This document shows positions 28,620-37,648 of a DNA stretch of 64,000 nt, in pieces. Each line of letters starts with the position of its first letter. Position 1 is the first letter of the stretch. Origin of the DNA: Minisyncoccota bacterium (GTDB lineage: Bacteria > Patescibacteriota > Minisyncoccia > Phycocordibacterales > UBA9973); contig JBAZKU010000001.1 in assembly GCA_041650615.1 (NCBI GenBank), forward strand, positions 185,216-249,215. Direction: 5' to 3'. The notes beneath the pieces were generated by a model. The model saw only the letters and a list, made by a program, of their open reading frames with translations. It was not told the origin of the DNA and did no database searches. Both the position numbers and the translations under genes were made by a program.

Positions 28620-29372
28620 TTATTCTTTATCTTTAGATTCTTTTTCTATTTCTTCTAAGAGTTTGTCAGCCTCCGATAATTTCCAGCTCCAAAGACGAGT
28701 ATTTAGTTCGGCATCCATCCCCTTTCTGTAAACATATAATCTTCTCTTAAGTGTGTCAAAATATATATCTGTTCTATCGTCAAAAATTAAATGATCTCTT
28801 GGTCCCATAAGAATAATTGGGTCCAATCCCTTAAATTCAGAAAAGGATTCTCGAAGAAAATTTATAGTGTTTTTATATGCGCGCAACGTGCCAAAAACTC
28901 CCCTATCTCTATCTTTTTTATCAACGAACCCGCCAAATATTACAATATCTGTTGTTTTTTCTTTTGAGGATTCTATAAGTCTAGAAGTGCGTCTTTGAAG
29001 TTCTTTTAAGATTCTTTCGGGATCATAAATACTTGTATTCCTTTCCTTGAAATATTCCGTACCGGAAAGATGGGCAAGGAAGGAATTGGGTTTGCCACTT
29101 AATCGTGATTCGCCACATGCCACAATGCCAATGCAATCATAAAAATTAAATGAATACTTTGACCTTTCGTTTATATTGCTAATAATCCCGTCTTCATCTC
29201 CTTTACGGCTAACAAAGGTAACTTGTTGTCCTTCTTTTACAATTTCTTTAATAGCTTTTGCACTTGCGCCATTTTCCCAGTTCTCATCCAATAAACATGT
29301 TTGAATGTAGTTTTTGGAGGGATTTTCGGCTTCTTTTTTATTTTTAAATTCTAATTTATTTTCTGAAAACAT
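28620..29372 (-). CDS. Hypothetical protein, possible Cys-His hydrolase/deamidase fold
   Basis: 250-aa ORF with [13 protein letters not shown] and IVIFGG. Confidence 0.7.
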   Translation of the reverse strand: MFSENKLEFKNKKEAENPSKNYIQTCLLDENWENGASAKAIKEIVKEGQQVTFVSRKGDEDGIISNINERSKYSFNFYDCIGIVACGESRLSGKPNSFLAHLSGTEYFKERNTSIYDPERILKELQRRTSRLIESSKEKTTDIVIFGGFVDKKDRDRGVFGTLRAYKNTINFLRESFSEFKGLDPIILMGPRDHLIFDDRTDIYFDTLKRRLYVYRKGMDAELNTRLWSWKLSEADKLLEEIEKESKDKE

Positions 29373-29542
29373 AATTATTTATATTATACCATTTTAAAAC
29401 AATAAGGGTTGAATCTTTTCTAGATTATTTTACTTCCCCTAGCTTTCTTTGCTTATTAGGTTTATACTATAAAAGTATACTAAACACGTGTTTAGTCGGC
29501 GCGTCTGTTGATACAATTATCATTTAATTAATTTTAAAATGT

Positions 29543-29692
29543 ATGAGTGAAGAAAAATGCCCTGTTTGTGGGAATAACCCTTGCACTTGTCCACCAGCTC
29601 CAGAAACCCCTGTTCAACCAACTCCAGAAACCCCTACCCAACCAACTCCAGAAACCCCTACCCAACCAACTCCAGAAACCCCTATTCAATAG
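29543..29692 (+). CDS. 49-aa microprotein: CPVCGNNPCTC followed by four Pro/Thr-rich octapeptides
   Basis: MSEEKCPVCGNNPCTCP(PAPETPVQ)(PTPETPTQ)2(PTPETPIQ)*; terminator at about 29703-29729. Confidence 0.7.
   Translation: MSEEKCPVCGNNPCTCPPAPETPVQPTPETPTQPTPETPTQPTPETPIQ
29594..29689 (+). repeat. 4 x 24-bp tandem repeat
   Basis: CCARCTCCAGAAACCCCTRYYCAA x4. Confidence 0.95.
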
Positions 29693-29794
29693 AAAGAAAA
29701 ATAAAACAGCCCCTTCAACGGGGCTGTTTTATTGAAAATAGAATTTCAGGCAAAAATCTTGCGATAAATATTAAAAAAAGCTAATCTATTATAA

Positions 29795-30544
29795 ATGGAA
29801 AACACACAAATAATAATATTAGCCGGAGGAAAAGGGGTTCGCATGAAATCTGATGAACCGAAGGCACTTGTAATGCTCAAAAATAAACCGCTTATAAAGC
29901 ACATTCTTGATACCATTTCCAGTTTGCACTTATCAATCCGACCAATTATCGTAATAGGCCATATGAAAGAGCGCATGAGGGAAGTGTTGGGAAATGACCA
30001 TTTATATGCAGTACAAGATAAACCATTGGGAACCGGACATGCTGTCGCATCAGCTAAGGATAGTGTTCATCCGAACCATAAAACAGTATTGGTGCTATCT
30101 TCAGACCAACCCCTCATTTCAAAAGAAACTATTGAGCGTTTATTAAAAAAACACAACGAAAAAAAGCCGACTATAACCATAGCCACAGTGCTTGTCCCGG
30201 ACTTTGAGGAGTGGAGGTCTGCTTTGAGACATTTTGGTAGGATAATACGTGGAAATGACGGATCAGTGGAAGGTATTATTGAATTCAAAGACGCCACAGA
30301 AAAAGAAAAACTCATAAAAGAACTTAACCCGGCTGTGTATGCCTTTGATTCAGATTGGCTTTGGAAGAATATCAATTTAATAAAAAATGAAAATATGCAA
30401 GGTGAATATTATTTGACCGACCTTATAAAAATGGCTCGTAATCAAAATAAAAAAATTGAAGCAGTGCCAGTGGCAAACCTTATTGAAGGGCTTCAGCCCA
30501 ATACCAGAGAAGAACTTGAAATATTGGAGAAATTAAATACATAA
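29795..30544 (+). CDS. GlmU-like nucleotidyltransferase (N-terminal domain only)
   Basis: LAGGKGVRMKS, LGTGHAV and GEYYLTD; no acetyltransferase hexapeptide domain. Confidence 0.88.
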   Translation: MENTQIIILAGGKGVRMKSDEPKALVMLKNKPLIKHILDTISSLHLSIRPIIVIGHMKERMREVLGNDHLYAVQDKPLGTGHAVASAKDSVHPNHKTVLVLSSDQPLISKETIERLLKKHNEKKPTITIATVLVPDFEEWRSALRHFGRIIRGNDGSVEGIIEFKDATEKEKLIKELNPAVYAFDSDWLWKNINLIKNENMQGEYYLTDLIKMARNQNKKIEAVPVANLIEGLQPNTREELEILEKLNT

Positions 30545-30549
30545 ATTAT

Positions 30550-30580
30550 GCGCGGTTAGCTCAGTTGTAGCGACGCCTGA
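30550..30580 (+). pseudogene. 5'-half duplicate of tRNA-Val
   Basis: GCGCGGTTAGCTCAGTTG-TAGCGACGCCTGA versus tRNA GCGCGGTTAGCTCAGTTGGTAGAGCGACCCCTTGA. Confidence 0.8.
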
Positions 30581-30622
30581 AATACGTAGTAAATATAATT
30601 TGTATGATATCATAAAATCAAT

Positions 30623-30695
30623 GCGCGGTTAGCTCAGTTGGTAGAGCGACCCCTTGACGTGGGGTAGGCCACAGGTTCAAGTCCTGTATCGCGCA
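30623..30695 (+). tRNA. tRNA-Val(GAC)
   Basis: Anticodon arm ACCCC-TTGACGT-GGGGT. Confidence 0.95.
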
Positions 30696-30696
30696 C

Positions 30697-31842
30697 ATGA
30701 AAATCTTAAGCATTGAAACATCCTGCGATGACACAGGAATAACTTTGATGGAGGCAAAAGGAAGAGTAAATAATGCTTCTTTTAAAATCTTGGATAATGT
30801 CTCAAATTCGCAAATAAAAATCCATGCGGAATATGGCGGAGTATATCCGATGCTTGCAAAACGAGAACATATAAAAAATTTACCGATACTTTTAGAACAA
30901 GTACTTAAAAAGACTAAGCTTGATAAAAAGAAAAAGCCAGTGGATTTAATAGCTGTAACTTATGGACCGGGATTAGAACCAGCACTTTGGACAGGAATAG
31001 TTTTCGCCAAAGAACTGGCAAAAAAGTGGAATATACCGCTTATACCAGTGAATCATATGGAAGGACATATCCTATCGGCATTTGGAAAACACAAAGGAAA
31101 CTTTAAAATCCCCAAAATGGATTTTCCGGTACTATCTCTCCTTGTTTCCGGCGGACACACGGAACTTGTGCTCATAAAAAAATGGATGCAATATAAAATT
31201 ATCGGCGAAACATTGGATGATGCAGCCGGAGAAGCTTTTGATAAGGTAGCTAGGATGATGGGTTTCCCCTATCCCGGCGGACCAAAAATTTCAGAGTTGG
31301 CAGAAAAAGGGAGGGAGAAAATAGTTTTTAAAGGGACTCCGCAGGGCGACGGCCCGAGGACCGAGCAAATTTTTCAGCAGAGAAATTGCGACCCTTTAAA
31401 AATTGATTTTCTTCCTCCCTTTCTCCCCCGCCCGATGATTTACAGTAAAAATTTTGATTTTTCTTTTTCGGGACTGAAAACCGCCGTGCTTTATTTAATT
31501 AAAAAAATCGAGAAATTGAACGAGGAAACCAAAGAAAAAATCGCTTTGGAATTTGAAAATGCAGTAGTAGAAACTCTTGTCTATAAAACAATAAAGGCAA
31601 AAGAAAAATACAAGGTAAAAACTATCATTGTGGCCGGCGGGGTTTCTTGCAATAAGCACTTGCAAAAACAAATGAAAAAAACTATTGGCAAAGATATTGA
31701 ACTTTTTTTCCCGGAAAAAGAACTAACGGGAGATAATTCAATAATGGTAGGCATAGCCGGATATTTGAATTATCAAAAAAATAAAAATAAAATTCTTAAA
31801 ATAGACGTTATAAAGGCAAAAGGTAATTTACGCTTTAAATAG
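30697..31842 (+). CDS. tsaD: tRNA t6A synthase TsaD with an in-frame structured insertion
   Basis: IETSCDDT, HMEGH, VSGGHT and DDAAGEAFDK. Confidence 0.96.
   Translation: MKILSIETSCDDTGITLMEAKGRVNNASFKILDNVSNSQIKIHAEYGGVYPMLAKREHIKNLPILLEQVLKKTKLDKKKKPVDLIAVTYGPGLEPALWTGIVFAKELAKKWNIPLIPVNHMEGHILSAFGKHKGNFKIPKMDFPVLSLLVSGGHTELVLIKKWMQYKIIGETLDDAAGEAFDKVARMMGFPYPGGPKISELAEKGREKIVFKGTPQGDGPRTEQIFQQRNCDPLKIDFLPPFLPRPMIYSKNFDFSFSGLKTAVLYLIKKIEKLNEETKEKIALEFENAVVETLVYKTIKAKEKYKVKTIIVAGGVSCNKHLQKQMKKTIGKDIELFFPEKELTGDNSIMVGIAGYLNYQKNKNKILKIDVIKAKGNLRFK
31303..31425. repeat. Large stem-loop element in tsaD
   Basis: About 33-bp imperfect inverted arms; core shares modules with family D and the tRNA-Glu elements. 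Confidence 0.85.
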
Positions 31843-31868
31843 CCAATATTCTATGATATTATTTAAGG

Positions 31869-34022
31869 ATGGACGAAAGACTGTTAAAGCCCTACGACCC
31901 AAAAAAAACAGAAAGCAAGATTTACAAACTCTGGGAAAAGAGCGGTTTTTTTAGCCCTGATGTGTGTATGGAAAAAGGAATAGTCAAACCCGATGCGGAG
32001 TCTTTTTCCGTAGTTCTCCCTCCACCGAACGTGACAGGCTATCTTCATACCGGACATGCGCTCATGCTTGTAATAGAAGATATAATGATTCGCCATGCGC
32101 GAATGAAAGGACTTAAAACACTCTGGCTTCCGGGTACAGACCATGCCGCCATAGCTACACAATCAAAAGTTGAAAAATTACTGGAGAAAGAAGGCATTAG
32201 GAAGAATGATATTGGGCGGGAAAAATTTTTAAAACGGGTAGAAAAATATGCGCTAGATTCTCATGACACTATAGTGAATCAAGCAAAAATTATGGGCGCA
32301 TCTTTAGACTGGTCTCGCGAAGCATTCACGCTTGATGAAAAAAGAAATATTGCCGTTAAAACTGCTTTTAAGCGAATGTATGACGATGGCCTTATTTATC
32401 GCGGGAATCGCATGGTGAATTGGGATCCAAAAGGCCAAACAGTTATATCTGATGATGAAATTGTTTATGAAGAAAGAAAAAGCAAGTTTTATACTTTTAA
32501 ATACGGACCGTTTGAAATAAGCACAGCTCGACCTGAAACAAAATTTGGCGATAAGTACGTGGTAATGCATCCAGACGATAAGAAATATAAAGGTTGGAAA
32601 CATCTGCAGAAAATAAAATTGGAATGGATAAACGGCCCGATTGAGGCTACGGTTATAAAAGATGAAATGATTGATATGGAATTCGGAACCGGAGTGATGA
32701 CCATTACCCCTTGGCACTCGCATGAAGACTTTGCTTTAGCAGAAAAATATAAATTGGAAAAGGAACAAATTATTGATAAATACGGAAGGTTGCTTCCTAT
32801 CGCTGGTGAATTTGCCGGAATGAAGATTAGCGAAGCGCGTGAAAAAATCGTGGAAAAATTAAAAACAAAAGGATTGCTTGTCTCTATTGATGAAAATTAT
32901 GTAAATCGAGTAGCCACAGCCGAACGATCCGGAGGTATGATTGAACCGCAGATAATGCTTCAATGGTTTGTTGATGTAAATAAAAAAATTCCCTCCCGTG
33001 ACAATAAATCACTTAAGGAATTAATGCTTGAGCCGGTCCGAGAAGGCAAAATAAAAATTATTCCGAGTCATTTTGAGAAAGTTTATTTTAATTGGATTGA
33101 AAATCTGCGCGATTGGTGTATTTCAAGACAAATTTGGTATGGGCACCGAATCCCTGTTTGGTACCGTAAAGATGAAATATATTGCGGGATAGAAGAACCC
33201 GCCGAAAAAGACTGGGTTCAAGATGAAGATACATTGGATACCTGGTTTTCTTCAGGCCTTTGGACTTTTTCAACATTAGGCTGGCCGGAAAAAACAAAAG
33301 ACCTAGAAACATATCATCCGACAAGCGTACTTGAAACAGGCCACGATATTTTGTTTTTCTGGATTGCGCGAATGATTTTAATGTCGCAATATTTGCTCGG
33401 TGAAATACCTTTTAAGAATGTTTATCTGCATGGCATGGTCCGCGCGGCGGATGGCAAGAAAATGTCTAAATCACTCGGGGATAAAGCCATTGACCCATTG
33501 GATATTATTGAGAAATACGGCAATGACGCGCTTCGTCTGGCTATGATTATCGGCAATACTCCGGGCAATGATTTGAAATTAAATGAAAATGATATTCGCG
33601 GTTATAAAAAATTTGCCAATAAGATTTGGAACGCATCCAGATTTGTTTTTGAGCAAACAAAAGATCTTGATATATCAACCTTGCCCAGCTTGGACGAAGA
33701 AGACAAGGCAAGCGATAAAGAATTGCAAAATTTAGTGACCGAAATTTCAAAAGAAATGAATGAGTTCAGATTTTCTATCGTCGCCGAAAAACTTTATCAC
33801 TATTTTTGGCACACCTTTGCTGATATTGTTATTGAAAGGTCAAAAGCAAAAATATTAAAAAATCAAAATGCCTCTTCGGCCAAAGCGCTTCTTTTTACCC
33901 ACTTAAGAACGCTTCTGATAGTTCTTCATCCCTTTATGCCTTTCGTTACCGAAGAAATCTGGTCAATATTTCCTAATCATAAAAATCTTTTAATAGTAGA
34001 ATCTTGGCCAAAATACAAATAA
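31869..34022 (+). CDS. valS: Valyl-tRNA synthetase
   Basis: PPPNVTG.LH.GH, DWCISRQ and KMSKS. Confidence 0.97.
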   Translation: MDERLLKPYDPKKTESKIYKLWEKSGFFSPDVCMEKGIVKPDAESFSVVLPPPNVTGYLHTGHALMLVIEDIMIRHARMKGLKTLWLPGTDHAAIATQSKVEKLLEKEGIRKNDIGREKFLKRVEKYALDSHDTIVNQAKIMGASLDWSREAFTLDEKRNIAVKTAFKRMYDDGLIYRGNRMVNWDPKGQTVISDDEIVYEERKSKFYTFKYGPFEISTARPETKFGDKYVVMHPDDKKYKGWKHLQKIKLEWINGPIEATVIKDEMIDMEFGTGVMTITPWHSHEDFALAEKYKLEKEQIIDKYGRLLPIAGEFAGMKISEAREKIVEKLKTKGLLVSIDENYVNRVATAERSGGMIEPQIMLQWFVDVNKKIPSRDNKSLKELMLEPVREGKIKIIPSHFEKVYFNWIENLRDWCISRQIWYGHRIPVWYRKDEIYCGIEEPAEKDWVQDEDTLDTWFSSGLWTFSTLGWPEKTKDLETYHPTSVLETGHDILFFWIARMILMSQYLLGEIPFKNVYLHGMVRAADGKKMSKSLGDKAIDPLDIIEKYGNDALRLAMIIGNTPGNDLKLNENDIRGYKKFANKIWNASRFVFEQTKDLDISTLPSLDEEDKASDKELQNLVTEISKEMNEFRFSIVAEKLYHYFWHTFADIVIERSKAKILKNQNASSAKALLFTHLRTLLIVLHPFMPFVTEEIWSIFPNHKNLLIVESWPKYK

Positions 34023-34713
34023 TGACTACTGACCCAAAAATTTTAGGTTAGCGCTTTTAGCAGGAGTTGTCCCCGCCCTTTTTTGGCTCTGGTTCTGGCT
34101 TAGAGAAGATAACCAAAAACCGGAACCGAGGGGGCTGATTGCTTCAATATTTTTTATTGGTATGGTTTGCGTTATTATTGTCATCCCGCTCCAAAAATTT
34201 ATCCAAAATAATGTAACTTCAAATGTGTGGCAAATCATTGGCTGGGCAAGCATAGAAGAATTGATAAAATATTTAGGCGTAGTAATTCTTCTTTATAAAA
34301 CAAACCGAGTTGATGAACCTATAGACTGGCCAATTTTCTTAATTACCGCTGCCTTAGGATTCGCAGCCCTTGAAAATACTTTGTATTTAACCAAGTCGTT
34401 TTCTCTAGATCAAGCTACAGCGGGTTTGCTCACTGGACAGCTCAGATATCTGGGATCTACCCTTCTGCATGCCGTATCATCCGGTATAATAGGAATTTCC
34501 TTGGGCCTTTCTTATTATATGGGGAAATATGTAAAGAGAATGTATCTTTTTATGGGTATTATATTGGCTATCGCCTTGCATAGTAGCTTTAATTTTTTTA
34601 TAATGGAGAATAGCGGAAGTAATTTTTTAGGAGTGTTAGGTTTCTTGTGGGTCGTTACAATTATTATTATGTTACTTTTTGAAAAATTAAGAAGAATGGG
34701 TCTAAGCAATTAA
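34022..34713 (+). pseudogene. PrsW family intramembrane protease with a frameshift near codon 9 (or an assembly error)
   Basis: MTTDPKILG* in one frame continues LALLAGVVPALFWLWFW..PEP..EE..K..GFAALEN..H in the -1 frame. Confidence 0.8.
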
Positions 34714-34715
34714 TT

Positions 34716-35189
34716 ATGAATACACAAAATAAAAAAAGGAGTTTTTTTGATAGACTGACGGGAAGTATCCATGCCGAAGAAGAAGACGAGAATGTAAAAA
34801 ATATACAGATTAAAGGAGATAAGAAAAATGGCAATGGCTGGATGGAAGAGGAAAATGAAGAATTAGAGTTGACTGTGGATGTTTATCAAACACCGACAGA
34901 CATTATCCTGCAAACTATGGTTGCCGGCGTTAAACCGGAGGATTTGGAAATTACCATTGCTAGAGATATGATCACCATCAGAGGCAAAAGAGAAGAAAAT
35001 AGAAATGTGGATGAAGAAAATTATTTTATCAAGGAGCTTTATTGGGGAAAATTTTCTCGCTCCGTGCTTCTTCCCCAAGAAGTGGAACCGGAAGAAGTTG
35101 AAGCCACAGAAAGGCATGGTTTATTGACCATCAAAATACAAAAAGTAGATAAGGAAAAAAGAAATAGTATTAAAGTTAAATCTATTTAG
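34716..35189 (+). CDS. Hsp20/alpha-crystallin family protein
   Basis: VDVYQT, GKFSRSVLLP and GLLTI. Confidence 0.92.
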   Translation: MNTQNKKRSFFDRLTGSIHAEEEDENVKNIQIKGDKKNGNGWMEEENEELELTVDVYQTPTDIILQTMVAGVKPEDLEITIARDMITIRGKREENRNVDEENYFIKELYWGKFSRSVLLPQEVEPEEVEATERHGLLTIKIQKVDKEKRNSIKVKSI

Positions 35190-35196
35190 AAAATTG

Positions 35197-35269
35197 TGCT
35201 TGGGGGCAGGATTGCACTGCCGACCCTTCCCTCTTCAGGGGAATGCTCTACTAACTGAGCTACCCAAGC
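35197..35269 (-). tRNA. tRNA-Phe(GAA)
   Basis: Anticodon arm TTCCC-CTGAAGA-GGGAA; atypical T-loop TGCAATC. Confidence 0.9.
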
Positions 35270-35276
35270 ATTTGTT

Positions 35277-35543
35277 TTATAAATTTTTCAATAAATCTTG
35301 AAGCGGACTGTTGTTTATTTCTTTTTGTATTCCGGTAACAGAATTATACATATCCATTATTTTATTTAAATAGGGCTCCACATAATAAAAAGCCCCAAAG
35401 GCAATTCCCAGTATTAAAAGATATTTAAGTACTTGGTAAACAACTCCTCTTCTTTGAACACCTCTAATCTTGTGAAGCATTTTGTTATTTTCTTCGGCAA
35501 GCGCCAGTGTATTTTGAAGCAATTGCTTAGATTCTGGATCCAT
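35277..35543 (-). CDS. Hypothetical single-TM protein
   Basis: MDPESKQLL..AEENNKML, one TM helix. Confidence 0.75.
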   Translation of the reverse strand: MDPESKQLLQNTLALAEENNKMLHKIRGVQRRGVVYQVLKYLLILGIAFGAFYYVEPYLNKIMDMYNSVTGIQKEINNSPLQDLLKNL

Positions 35544-35627
35544 AAGCCATATTTTAGCATAGCTTTTTCTAAAAGCCAATTTTTAAATTTGTATTTTTTG
35601 TGTTAGATTATATAGGTTTACCGATAA

Positions 35628-35699
35628 GTCTTCGTAGTTAAATGGATATAACGACTCTGTCCTAAAGAGTAATTGCAGGTTCGATTCCTGCCGAGGACA
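35628..35699 (+). tRNA. tRNA-Arg(CCT)
   Basis: Anticodon arm ACTCT-GTCCTAA-AGAGT. Confidence 0.92.
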
Positions 35700-35701
35700 C
35701 C

Positions 35702-35938
35702 TTAAACAAGCCCAAGCGCTTTTACTATTACAGGCTTATCAAATCCTACGATAAGTTCATCCCCTATTATAATAACAGGCACACCCATTTGTCCGCTTTT
35801 TTCTACCATCTCTTTTCTTTTTTCAAGGTCGCTGGCTACATTGTATTCCGTATAAACCACTTTGTTCGCTTTAAAAAAATCTTTTGCCATTTGGCAAAAA
35901 TGACAGGACGGGGTTGAATAAATCGTTACATTTTTCAT
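35702..35938 (-). CDS. Glutaredoxin/NrdH-like protein
   Basis: CHFC, GVPVI and GFD. Confidence 0.92.
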   Translation of the reverse strand: MKNVTIYSTPSCHFCQMAKDFFKANKVVYTEYNVASDLEKRKEMVEKSGQMGVPVIIIGDELIVGFDKPVIVKALGLV

Positions 35939-36005
35939 AATGTTTTAAAAAGGATTAATTATTAATTACTTATATTATATCATACCCATCAAGCGACACA
36001 AAACG

Positions 36006-36076
36006 TGCGGGATGGGGTAATCGAAACCCCGTCTAATCCTTGGGAAGGACTTATTCTGCCACTAAACTAATCCCGC
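36006..36076 (-). tRNA. tRNA-Gly(CCC)
   Basis: Anticodon arm AGTCC-TTCCCAA-GGATT. Confidence 0.92.
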
Positions 36077-36227
36077 AATATCATAACTTTATCATATTTT
36101 TATTATATATAGAAAACATAATCTAGCTCTTGCTTTTTTATCTATTTTGTTGTAATCTATTATCCAGAAAACAAAGATTAACTTTGTTAATTGTACATTT
36201 AAAACCAATAATAAGGAGAAAAACGAT

Positions 36228-37058
36228 ATGGGTGACAGGAATTTCAAAGAAATGTTGGAGGCCAAATGGGCTCAAGACAAATTTGTCTGTGTCGGGCTGG
36301 ACAGTGAAATCAGTAAGATTCCCATGTGTTTACAACGCAATATTGGCGGTAATAGGATTACTGCATTTAATCGATTAATCGTGGAAGCGACAAAAGATCT
36401 TGTATGCGCTTATAAACCGAACATAGCTTTTTACGAAGGGCACGGTACTGAGGGCATAGCGGCTTTACATCGAACCGTTGTTGATATCCACGAGATTGCA
36501 CCGGATATTCCGGTCATTCTTGACGCAAAGCGTGCGGATATAGGAAACACCAATAACGGTTATGTACAGATGGCATTTGATTTTTTACAAGTAGATGCAA
36601 TTACTGTCAATCCATACTTGGGGCGGGAAGCATTGCAACCGTTTTTGGACTGTAAGAACAAAGGAATTATTGTTCTTTGTCGTACTTCCAATCCAGGCGC
36701 TGATGAATTTCAGGATTTGCGTATAAGCGGTGAACCACTTTATCGCTATGTTGCCCGTCGTGTCGTAAGTGAATGGAATAAAAATGATAATTGCGCGCTT
36801 GTAGTCGGTGCAACATGGCCTAAAGAACTCAATGAAATTCGTACTCTCGTCGGCGATATGCCAATTCTAATTCCAGGCATCGGCGCACAAGGCGGTGATG
36901 TGCAACAAACCGTTGTCGCAGGTAAAGATAGTCGCGGGCAAGGCATGATTATTAATTCATCCCGCGGTATTATTTTCGCTTCAAAGGGAAGAGATTTTGC
37001 AGAGGCGGCCCACCGTGAGACAGAAAAACTTCACAACCTTATTAACCAGTATCGATAA
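36228..37058 (+). CDS. pyrF: Orotidine-5'-phosphate decarboxylase
   Basis: CVGLD, DAKRADIGNT, PGIGAQGG and NSSRGI; terminator at about 37074-37102. Confidence 0.95.
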   Translation: MGDRNFKEMLEAKWAQDKFVCVGLDSEISKIPMCLQRNIGGNRITAFNRLIVEATKDLVCAYKPNIAFYEGHGTEGIAALHRTVVDIHEIAPDIPVILDAKRADIGNTNNGYVQMAFDFLQVDAITVNPYLGREALQPFLDCKNKGIIVLCRTSNPGADEFQDLRISGEPLYRYVARRVVSEWNKNDNCALVVGATWPKELNEIRTLVGDMPILIPGIGAQGGDVQQTVVAGKDSRGQGMIINSSRGIIFASKGRDFAEAAHRETEKLHNLINQYR

Positions 37059-37115
37059 AAGGAGAAAAAACACAGCCTCGTTATAATGACGAGGCTTTTT
37101 TATTACAAATTATTT

Positions 37116-37433
37116 TTAAAGATGTTTCTTTAAGTGTTTCCAGGAAGCGTGCGCTTCCTTGGCTAATTTTTTAAAATCTTCTGCGTCAAATTTTTTATTC
37201 TTTTTATAATCAGCCAGAGCTTTATTAATGAATATTTTATATTCCTTTTCTCCCATTTTTTTGGCATTTTTCAGCTTCGGAGCAACTGTTTTATAAAACT
37301 CTGCCATTTTATTTTTCATTTCTCTCCTTACTTCCTTCCCTGTTTCCGATTCGGCAAAAATCCCTGCCGCTACTCCTAAAGCTGCTCCTATTAATGCCCC
37401 GCTTAAAAACTTTGAACTCTTTTTCTTTGCCAT
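37116..37433 (-). CDS. YtxH-like protein
   Basis: FLSGALIGAALG..GKEVR. Confidence 0.7.
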   Translation of the reverse strand: MAKKKSSKFLSGALIGAALGVAAGIFAESETGKEVRREMKNKMAEFYKTVAPKLKNAKKMGEKEYKIFINKALADYKKNKKFDAEDFKKLAKEAHASWKHLKKHL

Positions 37434-37438
37434 ATATT

Positions 37439-37648
37439 TTATTTTTTATTACTAAATGAACTAATAATCTTTTTTACATTCCTTTTCATTTTATGATAAG
37501 TCTGACTGATATCGTCAGAAATATTACGAGTATTTCTCAAAATACATATTAGATAATATATTAAAATCACCAACAACACACCAACGACTATTATTACAAG
37601 TGACGATACTATATAGAAAATTGTTTGAGATATTATAAGCGTACTCAT
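37439..37648 (-). CDS. Small membrane protein
   Basis: Hydrophobic N-terminal half; ATGA overlap with ppsA. Confidence 0.7.
   Translation of the reverse strand: MSTLIISQTIFYIVSSLVIIVVGVLLVILIYYLICILRNTRNISDDISQTYHKMKRNVKKIISSFSNKK

Noticed and set aside
29594-29689. Possible CRISPR array
   Set aside because: Contiguous 24-bp tandem units with no spacers and no cas genes; explained as a coding repeat.
29547-29784. Track ORFs 29547..29735 and 29581..29784
   Set aside because: Alternate frames of the tandem repeat that run into or through the terminator; the 29543..29692 frame fits better.
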